A DNA stretch of 64,000 bases from Alphaproteobacteria bacterium (GTDB lineage Bacteria > Pseudomonadota > Alphaproteobacteria > SP197): the NCBI GenBank assembly GCA_964291265.2, contig OZ219747.1, positions 1,024,001-1,088,000 on the forward strand, read 5' to 3'. Positions 52,755-60,427 of this stretch are shown piece by piece; position 1 is the first letter of the stretch; every line of letters begins with the position of its first letter. The notes below the pieces were generated by a model. The model saw only the letters and a program-made list of their open reading frames with translations, had not been told where the DNA came from and did no database searches. Position numbers and translations under genes: made by a program.

Positions 52755-53442
52755 GCCTGAGCCGCCAGGAGTCGCTGTCGATGGAGATGAGGGTTGCGTC
52801 GTGCATGAGCCGGTCGACGGTGCCGGCGATGCCGGAGGCGCTGGGGAAGACGCGGTCCCACTGGGCGAAGGCGAGGCTTGTCGTGACCATGGTCGAGCGG
52901 CGCTGATAGCGCCGCGAGACGATGGCGTAGAGGATGTCGGCATGGTGGCTTTCGAGGGTCACGTAGCCGATTTCGTCGAGGATGAGCAGGCGGGGCCTGG
53001 CGAGGATCGCGAGGCGGCGGCGCAGCTCGCTGCGCGAGACGGTCTCGGCGAGTGCCTCGAGCAGTTCCGGCGCCTTCTCGAAGCGGACGGTGTGGCCGTG
53101 CAGCAGGGCCTGGTGCGCCACGTTGGCGGCGATCATGGTCTTTCCGGTGCCCTGCCCGCCGACGAGCACGGCGTTGTCCGCACGGTCGACGAAGCCGAGG
53201 CCGAGGAGCGCTTCGACATGAGCCCGGCTGATGTCGCGCGGCCATGTCCAGTCGAAGTCCGCCAGGGGCTTGAAGGCGGGCAGCCGCGCCGCGGCGCGGC
53301 GGCGCTCGTGGCTGCGGGCCCTGCGGGCCTGTTCCTCGCCGCTGACCACCTCCTCGATCCATGCGGTCCCGGCGACCTCGTCCCAGCGTTCGACGAGCCC
53401 GTGGAGGCCGAGCGCCCGGGCACGCTCCCTGAGCTCGCTCAT
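52741..53442 (-). CDS. istB: IS21 helper ATPase IstB
   Basis: KPLADFDW, LVGGQGTGKT, LLILDEIGY, RRY..RSTMVTTS..F..W, DRLMH, SWRL. Confidence 0.92.
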   Translation of the reverse strand: MSELRERARALGLHGLVERWDEVAGTAWIEEVVSGEEQARRARSHERRRAAARLPAFKPLADFDWTWPRDISRAHVEALLGLGFVDRADNAVLVGGQGTGKTMIAANVAHQALLHGHTVRFEKAPELLEALAETVSRSELRRRLAILARPRLLILDEIGYVTLESHHADILYAIVSRRYQRRSTMVTTSLAFAQWDRVFPSASGIAGTVDRLMHDATLISIDSDSWRLRRETR

Positions 53443-54932
53443 GTCTTGTTCCTGGCGCTGGCTTCGGGCCTGTCGTAGGCGTCGAGAGCGGTCCCCCGCG
53501 GCGTCGTGCCACGGCCGCCGCGGCCGTCGTCGGCGATGCTGAGGGGCGGCAGGCCCTGCTCCCGGCGGCGCTCCTCGATGATGACGCGCACGGTTTCGGG
53601 GTGGCACGAGCCGCGCTCCAGCGCCGTGGCGACAGCCCGGTCGAGAGCGTCGGCGCCGTGCGCGTTGAGAAGCGTCTCCAGCATCCGGGCGCAGGAGGCC
53701 ACGTTGCGCCCGTTGGTCCCGGCGCGCGCCAGCATCTCCTCGGCCCGCGGCACGGTGCGCAGGACCCGGTCGCGGACGCTCATGGAGCGGGCCCGCCGCT
53801 TGCCCGCGGCGATCGCCCTGGCATGCTCCGGATCGGTGACGGCCTGCTTCCTGTTGTAGGAGCGTCGGTGGCGCGCGACCTCGTCGGCGCCGTCGAGGAT
53901 GCGAACCTCGTCGCGGTCGGCGACCAGCGTCAGCAGGGCCTTGGAGAAGCTACCCGGAACGCTGTAGTCGTTGGTGTCGAAGCGGGCGTGGCAGGTCTTG
54001 TCGATGCGCACCGGGCGGACCTCGTGATGCGGGAAGGGATCGGCGGGAAGGACGATCAGGTGCTCCCTCTCCCGGGCGAAGGCGTCCCGCACCAGGAGAC
54101 TGTCGTCGTCCGGCCAGGGCCGCTCCGCGGCGGCGCCGAAGCACCACTCCCGAACTGCGGCGTTGAGCTCGCCGAGCGGGACCGTGATGTCGCGCCCGGC
54201 GAAGAACCCGGTGCGCGCGAAGCGCACACGGCGTTCCACGCGGCCCTTCTCCTGCGGGCTCCTGGGCCAGGCGGCGCTCGGTTCGAAGGCATAGTGGGCC
54301 GCGAGGCCGAGCAGCATCGGATGATAGGTGACCGCCTTGCCGCGGCGCGTCACCACGGCACTCTTCAGGTTGTCGTACAGAAGCCTCCGCGGCACACCCC
54401 CGAATGCCGCGAAAGCCTCGACATGGCCTTGCAGGAAGCTGGCCATCCGCGCGTCGTGGAACAGGCTCAGGACAGTCTGGCGCGAGTAGCTGAGGGTGAC
54501 GAGAAGCCCCATGAGCCTGCGCTCCGCCCGGCCGATGCGGACCTTCCCGAACTCGGCCCAGTCAACCTGCGCCTGCTCGCCCGGAAGGAAGCTCAGCCGC
54601 AGCGACGGCTCGGGCCTCTTCACCGGCCTCAGCCCAAGGCGGCGCAGGTCGTGACGGAAGTGATCCTCGCCGCCGCGGTAGCCCAGAGCCACGACCTGTC
54701 GCCAGAGCGTGCTGGCCGGAAGGTCCGGCGACGCCTCAAGACGCTCCCCGAGGAAGGCAACGAAGGGGTCGATGAGCTTGGCCCGCGGCCGCCGCTCCTG
54801 CCCCGACGCCTTGAGCGCCCGCGTCACCGTGCCGTGGTGCACGCCGAGATGCCGGGCAATCGTCCCCACAGCCCAGCCCTCGGCCCGCGACAGCCGCACG
54901 ATCGTCGCCCGCGTGTCCTCGTCGATCGCCAT
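53439..54932 (-). CDS. istA: IS21 DDE transposase IstA
   Basis: N-terminal HTH, PGEQAQVDW, LSYSR, FGGVPRRLLYDNLKSAV, PQEKGRVER, NDYSVP. Confidence 0.93.
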   Translation of the reverse strand: MAIDEDTRATIVRLSRAEGWAVGTIARHLGVHHGTVTRALKASGQERRPRAKLIDPFVAFLGERLEASPDLPASTLWRQVVALGYRGGEDHFRHDLRRLGLRPVKRPEPSLRLSFLPGEQAQVDWAEFGKVRIGRAERRLMGLLVTLSYSRQTVLSLFHDARMASFLQGHVEAFAAFGGVPRRLLYDNLKSAVVTRRGKAVTYHPMLLGLAAHYAFEPSAAWPRSPQEKGRVERRVRFARTGFFAGRDITVPLGELNAAVREWCFGAAAERPWPDDDSLLVRDAFAREREHLIVLPADPFPHHEVRPVRIDKTCHARFDTNDYSVPGSFSKALLTLVADRDEVRILDGADEVARHRRSYNRKQAVTDPEHARAIAAGKRRARSMSVRDRVLRTVPRAEEMLARAGTNGRNVASCARMLETLLNAHGADALDRAVATALERGSCHPETVRVIIEERRREQGLPPLSIADDGRGGRGTTPRGTALDAYDRPEASARNKT

Positions 54933-54964
54933 GAACTCCCTCCCTTTGGTTCCTCAACGCCGCA

Positions 54965-55495
54965 TCACAGGTCCCTCAGCACCACATGCGTCACGACCCG
55001 TCCGCATCTGGCGCACCGAAGCGGCGATTCGCGTCGCTCTTGCGCCTTCACAACCGCAGGTAGGGAGGTCGGCAGCAGTCGGGAAGGGTGGTCCGTAACG
55101 ATTTCTTCAGAACCGGCGTCTCCAGACACCGCCGGAACGTCGCCAAGCAGCACCACAGCAGACGTCTGCGTGTCCATGATCTCGGCAACCATCGCCGCCC
55201 TGGCCTTCAACGCACGCGCCTCCTCCGCCTTGCGGAGCCGGTAACGCCGCTGGCGGTGACGGCCCGTCTCACGGCCCTTCAGCGTGCTCTGGTAGCGACG
55301 ACGCGACGCGCGGCGCCGCTCGATCCGGGACCGCTCCCTGCACTCCTTGGAGCAATACACATGCCCCCGGTCACACGACCGGCAGAGAACAACCTGCCGC
55401 TGACACCGCCTGCAGTTGAACAGTCGTCCTGTCGTGCACACCGTCCGTCTCGAGAGCGGGGGTGGACCCGGACGCAAAATGGCTCGACAATACAC
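54965..55495 (-). CDS. Cys-rich basic (Zn-finger-like) protein upstream of istA; start may be GTG 55441
   Basis: CRRC..LCRSCDRGHVYCSKEC, Arg-rich helix, C-terminal CARC. Confidence 0.65.
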   Translation of the reverse strand: MYCRAILRPGPPPLSRRTVCTTGRLFNCRRCQRQVVLCRSCDRGHVYCSKECRERSRIERRRASRRRYQSTLKGRETGRHRQRRYRLRKAEEARALKARAAMVAEIMDTQTSAVVLLGDVPAVSGDAGSEEIVTDHPSRLLPTSLPAVVKAQERRESPLRCARCGRVVTHVVLRDL

Positions 55496-55759
55496 GGGAG
55501 TTCGGTCCCCCGTGACCGGCTCGTCCGGGTGCTGCGCCGGGGGGCGTCACAACTCCGCCCGGCATCGCATCGCTCTTTCTCTTGATGCCGATCTAGCATC
55601 CACCCGGGGCGGCGGCAAAGACGCCGCCCCGGGACCGGACAACGCGACCCGCCCACAGGGAAGACAAACAATCCCGCGAGTGCCTCGGAACCGGAACCCT
55701 CCCGGCAACCGTCACCAAGACCGAAGCAGAGGTCGACGGAACCCGAACCGGACCAAAAC

Positions 55760-55852
55760 GACAATAGGAAAAGACGGCGGCGCTCGGGGAGACAACCAGC
55801 CGAACACTCAAACCACGACAACAGGACGTGACAATAGGACCTGACAACAGGG
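55760..55852. repeat. Subterminal GACAAYAGGR repeats
   Basis: Copies at 55760, 55817, 55830 and 55843 (last three with 13-bp period). Confidence 0.6.
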
Positions 55853-55919
55853 AAGAAACACGACCCTGACAAAGCGCGGCAAATCGCCGAAATCCCGCCG
55901 TTCTATGCAGCCATCAACA

Positions 55920-56158
55920 ACGCCCTGCCAGATCTGCGAGACGGCGACCGTCAGCGTGGTGAGCAGGGCCTGGGCGTCGTTGCGCCGCTGGGTCTCGGTG
56001 GCCGAGTTGTAGAGCTGCACGGCGCCGATCAGGGTGGCGGCGAAGAGCGCCAGGCCCATCAGCACCTGGAAGAGCGAGATGCCGCGGCGGCGCCGGGCGA
56101 TGAGACGGCGGGCGAAGGCGCGCCGGGTGGTGGCGGGGAGCGGCAGGGTGGCTGTCAT
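55920..56158 (-). pseudogene. Second prepilin copy truncated by the IS21 end
   Basis: Near-identical to the 56207-56794 gene up to QIWQGV; identity stops exactly at 55920. Confidence 0.85.
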
Positions 56159-56206
56159 GGGATGGTCTCCTTGGTTCATGGGGTCGGGAAGCGGGGCGCG
56201 GGTGCG

Positions 56207-56794
56207 TCACTCGAAGGTGAAGGTGACGTCGTTGGCGCCGACGCCGTTGTTGCAGGCGGCGCGGATCCCGCCCGGGGTCATCGGCTGGGCGATGGTCGTG
56301 GAGCCGACCGCCACGCCGGCCAGCGCGCTGCTGCCGGCCGCCTGGCCGGCGTAGGGGTCGATCAGCATGGCGCAGTTCTCGTCGTCGAGGTTCTCGAAGA
56401 TGATGACGTACTCGGTGGTGGCGCCGCGGACGCGCACGCGGGCGCCGAAGGGGTGGCGGATCCTCGGGTTGCGGGCGGATTCATCGAGGGCCGATGAGGG
56501 AATGGCGCCGCGGGCGGCGAGATCCAGGACCATGTTCGTCGTGCCGTAGGTGGCGACGCCCTGCCAGATCTGCGAGACGGCGACCGTCAGCGTGGTGAGC
56601 AGGGCCTGGGCGTCGTTGCGCCGCTGGGTCTCGGTGGCCGAGTTGTAGAGCTGCACGGCGCCGATCAGGGTGGCGGCGAAGAGCGCCAGGCCCATCAGCA
56701 CCTGGAAGAGCGAGATGCCGCGGCGCCGCCGGGCGATGAGACGGCGGGCGAAGGCGCGCCGGGTGGTGGCGGGGTGCGGCAGGGTGTCTGTCAT
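56207..56794 (-). CDS. Type IVb prepilin (PilS-like)
   Basis: Long basic leader ending RRRRG|ISLFQVLMGLALF, hydrophobic helix, HPFGARVRV, C-terminal Cys pair, terminal VTFTFE. Confidence 0.82.
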   Translation of the reverse strand: MTDTLPHPATTRRAFARRLIARRRRGISLFQVLMGLALFAATLIGAVQLYNSATETQRRNDAQALLTTLTVAVSQIWQGVATYGTTNMVLDLAARGAIPSSALDESARNPRIRHPFGARVRVRGATTEYVIIFENLDDENCAMLIDPYAGQAAGSSALAGVAVGSTTIAQPMTPGGIRAACNNGVGANDVTFTFE

Positions 56795-56824
56795 GGGATG
56801 GTCTCTCCTTCGGGCGGCGGCTGG

Positions 56825-57883
56825 TCAGATGGCGGTGGGCGCCTTGCTGGCGGCGTCCATGATGCTGAAGAGGGTCTGGATCATGGCGCCGATGATGACC
56901 GTGACGGCGAGCGTGAGGATCATGTTGAGGAGGGCGGCGCGGGCCTTCATCGTCGCCTCGGAACGCAGGACCCAGCGGTCGACGAAGCGGGCGAGCTTGA
57001 TCTCCCACCGGGGTATGTCGTCGAGGGCCGCCACCACCGGGATGAGCGCCGGGTCCGGAAAACCGTGACCCGAGAGCATCATCGCCCGGCCCATGCCGCG
57101 GCCGCTCGCCATGATCGTGCGGATGGTCTCGATGCGGTGACGGGTGTAAGGCGATGTCGCCTTCTCGAGGCGGGCGAAGGTGGCGTCGTTCAGATCGACG
57201 CCGGCGCGCAGGTACTCCAGGAGGACGAAGAGGAAGGCGGAGCCGACGATGGTGCGATAGATGCTGAACGGCGCGATCCGATCCAGGAAGGACCGTCCCG
57301 GCCCCTTCCACCGCAGCAGGACCTGGCGCAGGACGAGGGCGGCGAGGATGGCCGAGCCGATCAGCACGTGCGGGAAGGCGAAGAGCCACAGCGAGACGTC
57401 GCGGAAGACGGCGCCCAGGGGAGGCCAGCGGTCGTCGGGCAGGATCTCCTGGAACACCGGTATGAACCAGCCGCCGGCGCCCCACAGCATGAAGAGCACG
57501 GAGCCGATCAGCAGGGCGGGCAGCGCCAGGGCGGCCGTCACCGCCGCCGTCTGCCGCTGACGCAGATCGGCGACGCGCGCCGCCCCGGCGAAGAGGTGGG
57601 CGGCGTCGACCTCGCCGTAGGCCATGAAGATCATCGCCTCGGAGGCCGGGATCCAGCACGCCACCTCCGCGGCGAAGGCACCGCGCACCAGGGCGTCGCG
57701 CCAGTGGCGGATGATCCACGCCTCCTGGTTCCTGCCCTGGTCCCGCGCCGTCTGGATGGCGACCTCGAGGGCCGCCTCGATCGAGAAGTCGGCGTCGAGG
57801 AGATCGGCGAGAGTGGCGTAGAGGTCGATGCGCGCCCGCCGGCTGAGAAAGGCCCAGCAGAGGAGAGGCTTCCACCAGGTCAC
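56825..57883 (-). CDS. Type IV pilus inner-membrane platform protein (PilR/GspF-like)
   Basis: RIDLYATLADLL, FAAEVACWIPASEAMI, PFSIYR..GSAFL, GHGFPDP; three TM segments. Confidence 0.8.
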   Translation of the reverse strand: MTWWKPLLCWAFLSRRARIDLYATLADLLDADFSIEAALEVAIQTARDQGRNQEAWIIRHWRDALVRGAFAAEVACWIPASEAMIFMAYGEVDAAHLFAGAARVADLRQRQTAAVTAALALPALLIGSVLFMLWGAGGWFIPVFQEILPDDRWPPLGAVFRDVSLWLFAFPHVLIGSAILAALVLRQVLLRWKGPGRSFLDRIAPFSIYRTIVGSAFLFVLLEYLRAGVDLNDATFARLEKATSPYTRHRIETIRTIMASGRGMGRAMMLSGHGFPDPALIPVVAALDDIPRWEIKLARFVDRWVLRSEATMKARAALLNMILTLAVTVIIGAMIQTLFSIMDAASKAPTAI

Positions 57884-58446
57884 AGGCTCTTCCTCCCCGC
57901 ACCGGGCGCGGCGATGCGCCAGGAGCAGGCCTCGCCGGACGGGATCGCGTGGAGGAAGGCGGTGAAGGCCTGGACGGGCGAAAGCCCGAGGCGGCGCGTC
58001 GCCATGGCAAGCCAGGCACCGTCCGCCGCGCCGGCCAGGGCGGCGGCGAAGTCGAGCGCCATGAACGGGTGCGCCGCCGTCATCGCGGGCCACCATGCCG
58101 GGAGACCGATCATTCCCGCCGTGGCGACCACGGCGAGGACGAGGCGGGCGTCGCCGTGCGTGCCGATCGGCACGATGCCGCCGGAGGCGGTGCTGCGGGA
58201 CCGGTGGAAGGCGATGGCGGCCAGGGCGGCGTAGAGGACGGGGATCCGGTACCAGGGCAGGTCTGCCGGCGGGGCGGCGGCGATGGAGACGAGCGCCATG
58301 ATGGCGATCAGGCCGGTCACGAGGAGGGAACGGGCGCCGTGGGCGAGGATGACGGCACGCTCTTCGCGCAGCCTGTCCTTGCCGATGGCCGGGCATGAGG
58401 GCCGGCGGATCGGGCCGAGGAGGGCGAGGAGGAGGAACCAGATCAC
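57880..58446 (-). CDS. Membrane protein with one 'LAHGARSL/HGDAR/DGAW' unit
   Basis: ILAHGARSLLVTGL, PIGTHGDAR, LAGAADGAW; GTGA-coupled on both sides. Confidence 0.65.
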   Translation of the reverse strand: MIWFLLLALLGPIRRPSCPAIGKDRLREERAVILAHGARSLLVTGLIAIMALVSIAAAPPADLPWYRIPVLYAALAAIAFHRSRSTASGGIVPIGTHGDARLVLAVVATAGMIGLPAWWPAMTAAHPFMALDFAAALAGAADGAWLAMATRRLGLSPVQAFTAFLHAIPSGEACSWRIAAPGAGRKSL

Positions 58447-59255
58447 GGCGCGTCCCCGGGGGATGAGGGCGCCGCGATCCGCCAGGTGCTGGCGTCGCGC
58501 TTGAGGGCCGTTCGCAGGAAGGCCAGGAGCGTCTGCGGGAACGTGAGCTTCATGCGGCGCATGGCGGTGGCGGTCCAGGCGCCGTCGGAGAGACCGGCGA
58601 GGCCCGCGGCAAGGAGCAGCAGGAAGAACGGGCCCGGGAGGAGCAACGAGGTCTCGGGCGAGGCGGCGAGGAAACAGAACGCGGCGATGGCGGCGATGAT
58701 GAAGCGCGAATCGCCATGGGTCCCGGGTGGTACGATGCCGCCGCAGGCGACGAGGCGGGACCAGGCGAAGCCGAGGGTGGCGCCGCCGGCCCAGGCGATC
58801 GGCGCATGGCGCCAGGCGAGATCCGCGTCCGGCGCCGCGGCGATGGAGACGAACACCATGACGGCAATCAGCCCGGTGACGAAGAGTGAGCGGGCGCCGT
58901 GGGCGAGAACGAGAGACTGATCGCCGAGTATCCTGTCTTCATCGATCGGCTTGAGGAGAGCGGGTTCGACGGGGTTGCGATCGTCAACGGCAGCGTGACC
59001 GCTGCGGTGGCGCTTGCCAGCCTCGGTGTGGCGCTCGGCAGCGACAACCCCGCTGTCAGGGTGCTCGCTGCGATCCTGTTCGTCACCACCGTCGTTGATT
59101 TTCTGCTCTGGTGGTGCGGTCTGGGCAGCATCGTCGAGTCTTTCACCGGGTGATCCCCGCCCGCTGGCGGCGGGTGCGGTCACGGGCCGGCCACCGGCGA
59201 TGCGCGCCCGGCGGTTGAGAAAGGCCCAGCTGAGGATGGGCTTCCACCAGGTCAC
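58443..59255 (-). CDS. Chimeric membrane protein: duplicated pilR 5' end + one repeat unit
   Basis: Starts VTWWKPILSWAFLNRRARI (compare pilR VTWWKPLLCWAFLSRRARI); ends with VLAHGARSL, PGTHGDSR, LAGLSDGAW. True start uncertain. Confidence 0.5.
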   Translation of the reverse strand: MTWWKPILSWAFLNRRARIAGGRPVTAPAASGRGSPGERLDDAAQTAPPEQKINDGGDEQDRSEHPDSGVVAAERHTEAGKRHRSGHAAVDDRNPVEPALLKPIDEDRILGDQSLVLAHGARSLFVTGLIAVMVFVSIAAAPDADLAWRHAPIAWAGGATLGFAWSRLVACGGIVPPGTHGDSRFIIAAIAAFCFLAASPETSLLLPGPFFLLLLAAGLAGLSDGAWTATAMRRMKLTFPQTLLAFLRTALKRDASTWRIAAPSSPGDAP

Positions 59256-60427
59256 AGGCTCTTCCTCCCCGGGCCGCGGACGCCGGCGATCGCTCCTCGC
59301 AGGAGCGCGACGAGCGCCTGGCGGAAGCCAAGGTCGAGGTGGCGCATGGCCATCGCGAGCCAGGCGCCGTCGGCGATGCCGCACACGACGGAGGCGACCA
59401 GCAGCAGGACGAACGGCAGCGGCGCCAGGCCCAGGGTGAAGGCCTCGGTGGCCGCCGGAATCAGCCAGGCGGGAGGTCCGTCCTCGACCGGCGCGGCAGT
59501 CTCGGCCGCCGACGGCAGCCCGTCGATCAGCTCGTCGACCCGGCCGTCGGGGATCGCGATGAAGAGCGCCATGGCGAGAAGGGCAAACACCACCCGGGAG
59601 TCGCCGTGGGCGCCGATGGGAATGGCGATGTCGGGGCGGCGGCGGCGGGCGAGGAAGGCGACCGCGGCAAACGCCGGCCAGGCGCCGGCGACGAGGAGCC
59701 AGGGCTGATCGATCGGCGGCGCGGCGATGAAGGAGACGGCGCCCATGGTCAGGACCGCCAGGGTGAGGACGAGGGAGCGGGTCCCGTGGGCCATGATGAG
59801 AGACGGGTCCGGGTGGACCTGCTCCAGCGGCGAGGCGAGGGCGGCCGGCGGCGCTGGCGAAGCGGATGGCGCCGGCGCCACCACGATCCGCCAGGAGCAG
59901 GCGCCAGGGAAGCGGACCGCCCGGGCGAACGCGGCGAGGGTGCGGAAGAACGGCAACTGCAGGTGGCGCATGGCCGCGCCGACCCAGGCGCCGTCGGCCA
60001 GGCCGCACAGGGCGGCGGCGATGAAGAGGAGAACGAACGAGGCGCCGGTGAGGATCAGCATCTGGACCGGCACGTCGAGGAGCGCCGGCGGGATGACGAG
60101 ACCCGCCGTGGCGGCGAGGGCGAGGACGAAGCGGGCGTCGCCGTGGGCGCCGAGCGGCACGACGGCGCCGCCGGCCGCCGTGCGGGACCATGTCCAGGCG
60201 AGGCAGGCGAGGCAGCCGTAGATGCCGGCGAGGACGATGCCTGGCAGCGCGGCGGCGGGAGTGTGCCAGGGCGGGTACGCCAGCGGATCGGTTGCCATGG
60301 CGGCCACCGCCATGACAAGAACGAGGCCGGTGACAAGGAGAGATCGGGCGCCGTGGGCGAGGATGAGAGACTGATCGCTGTGTATTCGCTCTTCATCGAG
60401 GCTCTGAGGGATGTCGAGGCGGGTCAC
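59252..60427 (-). CDS. Membrane protein with two repeat units
   Basis: LILAHGARSL/PLGAHGDAR/CGLADGAW, then LIMAHGTRSL/PIGAHGDSR/CGIADGAW; GTGA overlap with the ATPase stop. Confidence 0.68.
   Translation of the reverse strand: MTRLDIPQSLDEERIHSDQSLILAHGARSLLVTGLVLVMAVAAMATDPLAYPPWHTPAAALPGIVLAGIYGCLACLAWTWSRTAAGGAVVPLGAHGDARFVLALAATAGLVIPPALLDVPVQMLILTGASFVLLFIAAALCGLADGAWVGAAMRHLQLPFFRTLAAFARAVRFPGACSWRIVVAPAPSASPAPPAALASPLEQVHPDPSLIMAHGTRSLVLTLAVLTMGAVSFIAAPPIDQPWLLVAGAWPAFAAVAFLARRRRPDIAIPIGAHGDSRVVFALLAMALFIAIPDGRVDELIDGLPSAAETAAPVEDGPPAWLIPAATEAFTLGLAPLPFVLLLVASVVCGIADGAWLAMAMRHLDLGFRQALVALLRGAIAGVRGPGRKSL

Larger units (their letters stand above)
50600..55919 (-). mobile_element. IS21-family element of about 5.3 kb with extra genes
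   Basis: Imperfect terminal inverted repeats TGTCGGCGGCGATTTAGAACGGCGGGAT (50600) and TGTTGATGGCTGCATAGAACGGCGGGAT (reverse complement ending at 55919); istA-istB inside; no target duplication. Confidence 0.85.

Noticed and set aside
55920-56794. Shufflon or invertible pilin cassettes
   Set aside because: The copies are direct, not inverted; no pilV, rci or sfx-like repeats were seen.
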